Shown: positions 25,947 to 37,800 of the stretch, piece by piece | Position numbering within the stretch: position 1 is the stretch's first letter | Layout: the number at the start of each line of letters is the position of its first letter | Position numbers and translations under genes: made by a program | The notes under the pieces: generated by a model | Told to the model about the DNA's origin: nothing | The model's database searches: none | The model's input: only the letters and a program-made list of their open reading frames with translations | Source of the DNA: Balanoglossus misakiensis | Taxonomy: Eukaryota; Animalia; Hemichordata | Reading direction: 5' to 3' | DNA length: 64,000 nt | Assembly: GCA_040954595.2 (NCBI GenBank) | Contig: CM082579.2 | Coordinates: 926,922-990,921, forward strand

Positions 25947-27225
25947 ATGGCAGCGTCCATCCCGAGCTGTTTCGTCTGCCACCGAAGCGCAAAGGTTTTG
26001 AAAAGATGTACTCGATGCCGCAATGTATTTTACTGGTAGGTAACATGAGGCTCGGGTCTTTAATTTCAACAGTCGGGGATAGTCTGCTTTAGTTCACCAT
26101 GATGTTGAGATGTGATATTTTCGTATTTATGTGTGCTGAGCGATCGGACACATGCACGCGCTCATGACCCTTTCACGTAAAATGTATTCATAAACCGTAA
26201 ACCAAAACATTGTTTGCGTGCGGTTTTGACGATGATAAAACCAAGGACATTTGAACCGCAGTTACCATTAGGACTTGTTAGACAAAGGTAACCCATGGCA
26301 GACGTGCCACACCTGCAAACGAACTTCGAAGCGTCTGTTGCTTCGAGTCCCGTCCGTATAGCCCTACCACTTCCCGTCTGTTGCTAACATTGTGTGTTGA
26401 TCATTAGTCACCGTATGTGAAGGGTGGTAGAATATATAACACCTTAGAATGTACCATTTCTGAACAGATTGAAGCGCAATGTCCTGTACAATATACTAGT
26501 ACTTCCTAAAGAAAATGATACACAAAAACAAGCACATGTCCATTTCAACATAATTGATGTTCTCATATTTTTATAGTTCACAGGAATGTCAGATCAAAGA
26601 CTGGCCAAGTCATAAGCCACGTTGTTTTCAAGAGGTGAAAGTCGGCCACCAGAGTGTGTCAATGAAAGAAAGGCCGAATGCTGAGGAGAAGAAAATTTTG
26701 TCCAGGAAGGAAGTTGGTTGTGCAAAGATAGTTCCGGAATCCAAAGATGACAGTGAAAATGAACATGGTGTCTGTAAAACCAGCCAAAAGAAATCGGCAA
26801 CAACTTTACAAACTGAAACTTCAGAGAACAGAAAATCTGAAAATTCTGAGGAAGATATTGAAAGAGACACAATCACTATAACAGTGAAACACAACAAAGA
26901 CAAACATAAGATAGATTTGACCGAAGAATTGGATGGAGAGAAGATTATGAAACAAATTTCAGACGTCTTGCGCATACCCCTGCATGGACTAAAGCTCATT
27001 CACAGGGGCAAACTGGCTAACAAGGACAATGTCAAGGGATTTGTCAAACAGAAAGCTTTATTCCAAGCTGTTGGTGAATCTGCAGAGAGTGAAGACAATC
27101 TGGTCAGCACTGATGTGGATATCATTGTTAATCAACTTTCTTGTCCCCGAAATGTTGCCATAAGAGCACTCAGAAAAACTGGCAATCTTGTTGATGCCAT
27201 GTTTTTGATTGGAAATAAGGACTAG
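25947..27225 (+). CDS. Uncharacterised 245-aa protein: MYND zinc finger + BAG1-type ubiquitin-like domain + NACalpha/HYPK-type UBA
   Basis: Exons 25947-26035 and 26577-27225 (phase 2, TG|T = Cys; 738 nt). MYND: CFVC...[29 protein letters not shown]. UBL-like: ITITVKHNKDKHKIDL...ISDVLRIPLHGLKLIHRGK. UBA-like: DVDIIVNQLSCPRNVAIRALRKTGNLVDAMFLI. UBL and UBA calls are by eye. Confidence 0.8.
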
Positions 27226-27322
27226 CCATTTCTGTGGGCTCAACTCGTTACGTATTCATTAGAAACACTGTTTTTATTTTGACTGTCATAAGGTGTTTTT
27301 TTTTCGTTCAACTCGTTGCGAA

Positions 27323-27340
27323 CAGCGCCCTCTGTGTTCA
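27323..27340 (-). promoter_or_regulatory. CTCF-like motif
   Basis: CAGCGCCCTCTGTGTTCA; reverse complement TGAACACAGAGGGCGCTG resembles the CTCF core CCACNAGRKGGCR. Confidence 0.45.
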
Positions 27341-28917
27341 ACTTGCGAGTACTTTTCTTTTTTAATTAATCGATACGAAGCGCCGCGGTTGATTCGTATC
27401 ATTTTGTTTCTGTCTTCACATCATAAAGGTATATAGACGCAGTCTTTCTGAAGGATTGTGTGAAGGAATGTTTTCTTTACACTTATAATCTACACCACGT
27501 GTATTCACATGCTTTAAAGCTCACCAACCCCTCCCCCCCCACCCGTTTCCAGGCTGTTAGCCAACTTCTTGCAGCAATGTACAAAGTTTAGAGGTGAAGA
27601 ACTCGAAGCACACAACCCTGCGTGATTCTGTCTGGGGCAGTGGTAACCATGGAAACGACCGGAAAATATTACAATAGAATCTTGGCAGAAAATTGCAACA
27701 TTTTTGTTGCTATAGGGATGAAATATCGTACGAGGACAAATTATTGTCTGAGATGCCATATTGTCTCCTCACTGTTGCCAAAGCAACCGCGTTACTGGAA
27801 TATTATCACCCTGCTTGACAGTGAATAGAAATTAAACCTTTTTTGTATTTCCCTTATTTTTTGAGCCAGTAGTAAACGAGTCGCGACAGCCTGTGTAACA
27901 TAACAAACCCATTCTCCTTCCCAGCACATTCAACCCATCTGTAAGAACATAAATGTGATCGTGTTTTCCTTTCTGAGAGAAATCTTTGATTACCTGCGGC
28001 AAATTGGGTTACAGCGGAAACAGATTCTGATGGTTTCAAAACAGCAACAGTCACGACCTGGCAAGCCTTGAAACATTTGATGCGTTCTCTTATTTTCTAG
28101 AAGACATTTTTGTTCACTTTATTTCATTATTTCATTATCGTTTTTGATACGCGGCGAATACGACTTTATTCAGTGACCTCATGAATTGCAGTTTTCACAA
28201 TACAAGAAATCATGGTCCGGCGATTTTTTTTACGAGCGTCCTCCTTGTACTTTTTGACATGATACTCGTTTCCTCCTTGGTTCGTTGTCAGTTTCCGTAA
28301 AAAAATGAAAATTACCCATGATCCTTTCACGGCAACATCAAGAGCGCTGCATTCCGTGTCATCAAAATGTCTTTCAAATCCCACAATGCATGATTAGATA
28401 TTCCCTTGTAACAACCAATTGGTCAAATTTACCGACTCAAATCTAGATAACATCTATAAATGTAGTCTAATTTTATTAGCCAGAAGTAAAATGCACTATT
28501 CAATTTGCAAACAGTTTTTGTTGACTCGTTTTTCTCAATAATTCAATCGGAATTGAAAAACAAGTCCGCAAGTATAGTGGTTTCGTTCTAAAAATGCATT
28601 GGCGACGCATTCGCTCCTTTTAAATCGTTGCTATGAAATGCACATCTTACTCAATGGAAACGAACATGAAATTAATGTCAAACACCGAGTGTTTCGGATG
28701 CACTCGACCGTAAAATAAAGAAGTTATTATCTAAAGCCCCGCTGAGCAATTTATTATATTTTGTATAGGATATATTAAGTGGAACAAGGCCCAGTAATTA
28801 GTGGAGTTTTCTAAAAAGCGAAAGGAAGGGTATGTCCTATCAGATCATTAAATATCACTTTGTGATTTCCGTGTTGTGAAGGGGACGCTCGAGTCTTGTT
28901 TGTATGATAGACACCTC

Positions 28918-29854
28918 GTCTTCATGGTAACAGTGACGGCGCGCGACCTCCCAAGAGATTTCAACGCCGCTTGCCGCGATTGGGCAGGGCGCAGACGGCG
29001 ACCAATAGCTGCGCTCGTTTCAGCGGTGTAGAGTTAATCAGTAAACACTGTGTTGTTATGATATGAAATATATGATTGATGTATGCTTGGTAAATAGGCT
29101 TTTTTGCAAAGGTAGAACTGTTACACGGGAACAGTGATCCGAAACAACAAGCGACTGTTAAGGTCCGCTAGAGGCGAGAACAAAACAAAACGATCTTCCC
29201 TCAGCACACTTCCTCTGTGATTGGCGGTTGCTGTTGACAACGGGCGCCTTGTCTCCCTCGGACTTCTTTTCCGCTCTTCTCATCTGCATCGAAAGACGTC
29301 ACTGCGAGAAGGAGAATAGGATCAGGGGAAGCACACTTCTCGAAAAAAACGAGAAAAGAAGGTCGTCAGCCAGCATCGAACTGCCGTCATTCTGTCAAGA
29401 TCGTGTCGACATGTTAGATTAATAGGTACAACAATCATCATTGAGGGTCTTTGTTCCGGTTAAACACCATATTGTACTCCATCAAGAGGAACAATCAGAG
29501 AATTGAACATCACCAGGCAGAAGGAGTAGACGGTGAAACGTGACAGTAACAGCGCTCAAAACGAACTCCGATATCGTCCGTGTCACAGGAATACTTCACG
29601 ACAGAAACCCCTCGTATCTGGAAGTAGAAAACCAAATATATCCTGCTTAATTGATCCTCAGCATTCCAGTTCCATCACGGTTTATTCCATGGGTAAACAT
29701 ATTTTTCCGTCGAAGCTGGGCACCGAATCGACTTCTGTGTCGAGATAATATACAGTAAATGAAATTTGTCAGACAGTGGTTGTTGTCACTGGATACGGAC
29801 TGTGGACGACGTGCATTATCATCAAACCGAGGTATTTGAGTTTGATTTTGAAAG
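28918..29854 (+). promoter_or_regulatory. Putative promoter and non-coding first exon of the CNG channel gene
   Basis: X-box-like GTCTTCATGGTAAC (28918-28931), ATTGG (~28979) and CCAAT (~29002) in a GC-rich patch, Inr-like TCAGT near 29038, strong donor AAG|GTGAGA at 29854/29855, and an acceptor at 34720/34721 ahead of the ATG at 34897. The link to the CNG gene is inferred. Confidence 0.4.
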
Positions 29855-31379
29855 GTGAGAAAATCGTTTAAACAGTACATCTCTTTTTTTCTCCTAAATA
29901 AACTTTATGTCCGACTTGTACTGATGTTGATTTTTCCACGGTTTAGGTAGATACATAGATCAGTTTCGGATGATGTTTGTTTGTCTGTTAGGGGAATACA
30001 CTGTTCAACCGAAGACGTTGATTTGATGAACACAGAAGCAGTTAAAGAGATTTTTTACATTTCCTTTTTTTTAGAAATCATCATCAATTTGTTTTCTTTC
30101 CATTTTCGCGATTAAACAACAGCGCAAGTTATTCATGTGTATCCGCGCTTTCAACATAATGATTGATACAGATACGACTGATAGTTATTAAAATATTAAT
30201 GCGAAATTCAACGCCCCGCGGCGTTAAATATCAAAATCACGTTTTTGCTCGCGAAAATCGACGGTGTGACTTATCATTCGAACGTGATGTTTCAAACAAT
30301 GTTAGAAAATCAATGATACATCGAAGGATATCTCGAAAGAAGTCGACAGTTTATTGAACAGAAATGATAACGTCTCATTTGTGGTCAGTGTGACGTGATC
30401 GCTCTTTCTTCAGAACTGAAAATGGAATATGACGGGGATCAAATATCACATAAGATCCATCATTTGTTAATGATCAAATGCAACGTCGTCTTTGGTTTCA
30501 TAGTTTAATGATGCATTTGATTTTGTTGGCCATTCAAGAAGGATCTTACTTTAAAAAAACGGAAAGTTTTGTCTGATAATTTGTTACCTGAAAAAAATTA
30601 CTTGATGAAATCACAAAGCTCGTTGCTTCAAAGACTCAGCGTGTTCCTTGGATAGATTATTACTGATAAAAAACATTTTAAACGTTTTAGATAAATAATT
30701 CATCATCACGTGACCAGGGATGTCATTGAATCTGTATAATGTCAAACTGTCAGGCGTCGCCTTGGAGTGGAAGACCTTTAATGTAATAATTACTCTAAGT
30801 TGTTTTGTTGTTGTGAACGTTGTCTAGATAAGTCTTCCTCCTTAGAAACAATTCGCCATCCTCAGTTTGGGCGGCATCCAAAGAAATTGCATTTTACTAC
30901 AATACGGAGAATGAAGGGGTCTTATTAGATACGTAGAATACTAGTATATAGAAAGCTGTAAGACGAACGACACATTCGAAATTATATCTCCCGCCAGAAA
31001 CTCGACCTTTCCGTAAATATCTGAGATGCAGACACAACCCTGACAACTGCCGACGCCTTGTGATGATTTGACATCAAGCCGCCCCTACCTGTAGATCGTT
31101 CTTGTAAAATCGCCATTTCAAGATATGTTGATTCCGCTTGATGATTGTAAGCGGGTCAGGCCCCGCGCGAAATAAATAATAATTTCGAGTGAAGTAGTGA
31201 TCTCGATGAAACAGGCGGCGATAAAATATGATTGAGTGTTCAGCTTCTGCATCTGACTAAATAGACATTTCTGTCATGTAAAGGGGCTTATCAGTCAAGA
31301 GTCTGGACAGGCATTCGTTGATTTCTCCCGTATATCACCGACACTGACTTAATAACCAGGGATTTTGCTTCTGTGCGGA

Positions 31380-31393
31380 GTTACCATGGCAAC
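31380..31393. promoter_or_regulatory. Consensus RFX X-box
   Basis: GTTACCATGGCAAC matches GTTNCCATGGNAAC. Confidence 0.45.
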
Positions 31394-34300
31394 CTAAGCT
31401 AGCATTTTATTTCCCGTTTCTGAGGTGACTTTGTGTGATCCCGTGATTGAATACACCGTCCATCGAAATCCGATTAGTTGTTGCTCTCTGGGGATGCGGC
31501 TGTGTCGACGACAAAACACCAGCAAATAGAGCATGCGCACACTCTGGTGCAGCCATACTCAAATCATTACATATAGTGGCCTACAGTGGATGATTTGATG
31601 AATTAAAGCGCAAATATGGAGCGATGGGTATCGTGCCTGGACAGACCCATCTACGAAACATATCTAATCCAAGGTCAAAGTCGAAATGTAGAAATTGTAA
31701 TGAATCAAAATAGATATAGGAATGGTCTTTACTTATCTTTGAAGTTGTACAATTACATGCATAGGCCTATATAAAACTATACAAATTGAGAAACAAACAG
31801 GATATAAATGTTGCGGAAATAAGCATTTCATTAATGATATTAAACACGTGCTTAAACAACGTGCCTACATGAATAATTAAACAATTCCTTTTCCGAATTC
31901 AACTTGAAATGACTAAAATGAACATCGAAAATTGATATTCCATTTTGATCCTGAAAAATGATGTGAAAAATAATTTAAAAGAAGCCATGTGGGTCTTTAA
32001 CTGTTTAAATGGGGGCTCTTAATGTCAACACTGAACTTTGTAGTCATTAACATACTTATACAGGTCCTGAAATGTATGCATGTAACAGTACCCGTATCTA
32101 CATAAGCTTTGTTGTACTTCGGCATATTTTGCAGTGGATATAATACAATTAGTCTAGAACCTAGCTTTCGTGCATGGTGTTATTTTTTCGAAAAGGCATG
32201 AAGGCTATGTTCTACTATATGAAAGTTGAGGGTAATGGAACAAACACCAGCTGTTCTATCCACGACTACAAATAAATACAGTCTGTATCATGTGTATTTA
32301 GGAAGCCATACAGACAAATACTTAAATGTGAAATGACAAATGTCCTGTAATATCATCTGAACAACTAATATGATGAAAGGTTTCAGCATCATGAAATGTT
32401 TATATGCGTGTACAAGGACATTCATAATCTGATATTAATTTCACTAATGCAGTTCACGTGTCGCAAAACGAAGCGGGTATATCGTAATAGTTATGTTCAC
32501 AAATTAATATGACTCCAGACTTCATGCCATAACAATAGACGGTATAGACACCTCTGCATGCGAATACCCTTTGCACTCTGCGTGGACACTGCGGCCACAA
32601 GCTGGGTTGTTACAGGTCCTGAAATTATAAACATATCTAGGGAGATAGACAGACAACATTGAAAAGCGTGTGAAGGAATTATTCAATGTAGATATGGTAT
32701 ACCTAGGGAGATCGTGGAAATCCATTTTTAAACAGTAGCACACTTAAGGGTACGGTGAGAGGCGGGGACTAATAAGTTATCAGCGATGTCTTGTGTCTGT
32801 CTATATTGTCTAGTTGTTTGAGGGACGCGTCTCCAGTGGACACTACAATGCGATTTTATTCAATCCAGCGTATCAAATCGAGTATTGTGTGAGGAAATAT
32901 CGCTCAAATGAATGGGCACAAATTAACTCCTTCGGGAGTCCGATCAACAGCACAATGATTACGACCGTATATTGCGTAAACCTGGGGAAACAATCTGTAC
33001 TTTGTGACAGTGCATATAGGCCTAATGGCGATTTTTCTTTTCTTTTCATTGATTCGATAATATTAACCTATTTTATGCAGACGTTTGTGAATTTTTTGCA
33101 GATCTGAAATACGAACTGACTTTATCATGCAATGTTTATTCCAACAATCATACATTACGTCACCGTACCAGTAAAATACTAGTAATATAATTTGTGGTAT
33201 GTCTGTAGCTTTCGCATTAGAATAATTGGATGTATTCCGCGCAGAGGTCTTTGACTCCCACTCCTGCAAGGCCTTTTATCGAAAATTGGCAGTTTGTATA
33301 CTTGAATCAATTTGTCATATATTATTGCATATTACGCATTTTGCAAACCGATAGAGAAGTGGATTCTGAAACTACCTCTTGTCTTCAAACTGAATTTCTC
33401 GTCTGCACTTCAAATACAAAATCTGTCGTCACTGCTGACAAATTGGTTTCAGTAGCCTGCGGTCAAGAGGGAAAATCTAACAGAAAAATTGAAATTGAAC
33501 GAGCGTATGCCTATACCCATGATGCACTGGTCAGATCATTTGCTGATGAGGTGTCTGTAATTTACAGAGACGGTTACCACGGTTACGGTTTATTGTCCAT
33601 CTTGTGTGTCCAACGCCCAAAATTCGCTTGAAAAGGCCGCGGGGTTTTAGTACGCCATACGAAATGAGGCGCGCGTCTGTCACTTTAAATACTAAATATT
33701 TGCATTTTGCCATGTATAATACGACAACATCTGCGGTTCATTTGAATATTTCGTATCGGGGTTTCAGACAGAATCGAGCTGCTTGCAAATCAGAATCAAT
33801 TTTATAGGAGAGTTATCTTCTGGTAATTGCTTTAATTTGAATCGCGAAGAGTTCGATTTTTGACCTCATCGCTTGTGACGCTGTCATGTTAGTATTCATC
33901 GTAACAAAAAATGAGTGCAGGGCTTTTGTGACGAGGTGTGAACGCGATCCTTTATTTGGAGATAAAAGATGACGGTGTCAATATAACAGCTCTGAACAGA
34001 ACGTGCGTTTTGCAGAAAAAGGTGCTTTGATAATATTTTTTATTGTACATGTGTCTTTCACACTCGTCTTTTCATCACACGTGATTGTAATGCATGTCGA
34101 CTTTGCATAGATCGCGAGTGAAGCGATCATGAAACGTATACATGTAGTCAGTTACCGATCGTCGAAACCACAACATACACCTCACAATTCCATTCATAGA
34201 TGTGGCTCTTATTCTCATTTAATTTGAGCAAAAGCGACAATTTCTTCACGCGTCTTGATCGAATCGTCTGATAAATTATAGCTTGCATTCGTATTATTCA

Positions 34301-34896
34301 CGGTTGCATGCACTCCTAATCAGACATCTTAACATAATGTCTCCAGACGAGATGTTGAAACACATGACTTCCCGGTTGATTTTGCCGTGTGTTTCTGTCT
34401 ATTTACATCTCAGTAACAACGATTTCCTGCGCGAATTTCCACCTTCTGTCGTGGCCTTTTATTGATGGCGTATTTTTTTGTCCAAAATGATCAAGGGAGT
34501 CGAGGCAAATTAATATTGATGTGTAAAATGAAGACTTTAATATGTACATAATAGATATGAAAAGTGTGACACGGCATTCAGTGTAGTGATGTCGCTCTAC
34601 ATTGGACTGCGACCCGTATCAAACAGAGAGAGAGAGGGAGAGATCAATTTGTACATTTACTGCGGGTGTTGTACATGTGATTTTCACTTGCCTTTTCTTG
34701 TTTGGTTATTCAAATGACAGGGGATCACTCGACGAACAGGAAACGGACTATCGGCACGAAATGGAACTGCTCCCAACAGACGACCGCAGCTGACAAGGAA
34801 CATTCACCGCTGTGAAGAGTGTGTGGAGCGAGCGAGAGTGACTATAGATTGAACAGCTTGCCGTCTGTTTTGTGGCTGTGTCCATGTGGAAGTAAT

Positions 34897-37800
34897 ATGG
34901 CTAGTACAAGCGCCGGGAAGAGAGTCACCGATGAAGAATTGGAGATTCTAGAACAAGGTGGCGATATCGTCACCATCAGTAAACGCTCTCTCAGTGCCTA
35001 CGCCACGGATGACGAAGGTGACGGCGATGGGGAGACGAAACAGGACGACACGATGGCGGCATCGTCGTCGTCGTCATCGTCGGACAAGGAACCGTCCGTC
35101 CAGGAGCGAAAGGGAACTTTTAGCAGAATAGTGAGGACCGTTCAAGTCATCAAAGGCTGGGTGACCAAAAACGATGTAACCAAGACAACAAAGAGAGCTG
35201 ATTCGTTCTTGGAGAGATTCACCATGGCAGGACCCAATAATCTGGACGACAGCGGAGGGGGCAGACACGCCGAAACAAGCCTCAGGTTGGTTCAGTAGAC
35301 AAAAACACTAGAGTGATAATATAATATATAGAGTGTCGTATTAATATAAATAAGTGATTTATTCCCTTCCAACCATATATAATCAGTCAGTCGGGGGTAA
35401 GATAGACGTAACGTGGACACCGTTTTTCTAATCCTCATCAATGCTGACATGGGAAATACCTAGATTAAATATGGCGGATATTGGGATATTGGTGATGTTT
35501 TGATGTAAGATGTGCTAACGGAGATTAGTTATTCGAAACCCGAAAGTGGATTTAGTCTAGCAGTCTGTCCCCACGTTTCTAATTTGTTCCGCTCTTTGGA
35601 TTTAAAGGGCGAAGTCAGTCGGTGGGAAATTATACGGGCCTTGGTTTTATCACATGCAAAAAACACATTATATTGACAACAATGGGCAGCATAATTACGG
35701 AACAAAATTGTCAACTTTACATATGACGAGACAAGGGCTCTATAAAGCACACCAGTTGTTGCAAGAGGATATCTGCAGCTTTCCACGAGTGACTTGCTAT
35801 ATCGTATTTTTCAGTGTAAAATCAATAATAGGTTATCAATGTTAGAAATGACACCTGTACGGATCGACTGTAAACTGTCCTTTAAAGATGGGACTTTACT
35901 ATTTACATCGAAGTCACATTCGTTATAAAATCATGGCGATCGAAAGTCATTTATTCAGTAAAAAAGCCGTGGAAACCCAGTCTGGTTCCAGGAATGACTT
36001 CTCTTGACGTCAATGCTGAACGTTGTACGCCACAGACAGAGTGACCTAGCTCAAACATACGGCTCAAGCGAACTGCGTTATTGCTAGGAATACAAAGTAC
36101 ATAGGGCTATACTACGGTGAGAACACTGCACATAGTCTGTGACTATGCTGGTGTCATTCAAACGTATATTTTGTTTCCCACGTCAACATTTATTAGCATA
36201 CGCCCATTCTACAATCATTAGACCGTTGTTTGTATATATTTTACTTCCAAGCAGAGGCGTCCGGCTTCTATTTGTTCAACGCGTAGTGGAACCCAATATC
36301 ATGCGATGGTATTTTCTGTGGAGAATCTCGCAAATATTTTGCTTAGTGAAGCAAGTTTATAAAAACGTTCAAATAGACACACAATGGAACATTTTGGTCG
36401 ACAAGTCAATTTATTAAAACATTAAAATCTAGTATAGTCAATCGGAGAGATAAAATCAACCGACTAAACCACATTCAGTATATGTTGAATTTTTTCCTCT
36501 TGCCTTGAAATTGATGAACACAAAAATAAAAGATCACTTTAAGTCAATATGTTGTCAAGGAAACAGACATTTTGGTTTGATTAAGCGATGAACCGATTTT
36601 CAGCTCACAGCAGACGAAGCATATTGAACCTTGGAAATCGATAGGTGTTACGAAACGTTGTAGATTATGCATGAAACAGCAGCGCGAGTGTAATTAGCGT
36701 AATTAAGGGTTCCATTAACGGCATCAGGGTGTGATAAGGTGTCTTTGTGTGACGGGCTACATGGTGACGTCACAAAATGAATCAGAGTGTGGTAACATTG
36801 CCAGGGGTATGAAAAGGTCATAGGGGTGGATATCTGCACGAGCATTGTCAGACGAAGAGTTTTCTCAGACACACAGAGAGGGTGGTAGGGAAACAGAACG
36901 ACCACATGGAAGAAAAATGAAAAAGACAAGCAACAGAGAGAAATACAAATCTGTACCAAAGAAAATCAAGATTGAGAGAGACAGAGACAGAAATAATTCG
37001 AAGCATTACAGACAGACTGATCACAGCTGAATAATTAACAGTGTTTTGAAAATAATATAATAATATCCATTTTATCAAATGGACATACCATCTGCCGTCC
37101 ATGATAAAATAAGTACTATGCGAACTGTTGTTTTGCGTTGTCTATGTGAGCTTGTTTAGAATATTGTGAACACGGGACACTATCACTCATAAAAATAGTC
37201 GAGTGAAATCATTCGGCTATATATAACATCATATCCGTCCCTATTCGCCAACGAGTCGTTTACTCACAGGAAATGCGTCTGCAGGTTCTAATGGTATACA
37301 TAAATACACAACGCCCATTTTCCTGTTAGGTTGCCCTTATAGACAGTTGTCCTTCGCGTTTGTTACACAATTATCCCAGTAAGGAATTTTTGATTTGCAA
37401 TAATTCGGAAAATACACGCTTCAATAAGACGTCAGAGTAAACTTTATAAATGACACATTTGCAACGAGGACTGCATGCACAGCTTTCCGCTGTCACATTT
37501 GGGAATCGAGTTTCTTTGTTTGCGATGCGGGGATCAAATTTTCCTTTTAATATTCCGCATTATCGGTTATTAATGGGTTCAGATTTCATGAAATTTGACC
37601 CAGATAAAGTATTGCAAGCTTTATAAATCTGTCAACGTTGCAAACAGAAGCGCTTTGCTACACGTGCTGGATCTTACCGTTCTATTTTTGCGTGGATTGT
37701 CGGCGCCTGTTATTTTGAAAATGTATAAATTCTATCCATTTTCAATCAGTTTGGCCGAAGTGTCTTTTTGCAGAGTGCCACAAGTAATAGAAAAAATCAT

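Noticed and set aside
26285-26390. B-box-like CTTCGAGTCCC and hairpin in the MYND gene intron (tRNA or SINE?)
   Set aside because: No cloverleaf, no properly spaced A box and no acceptor stem.
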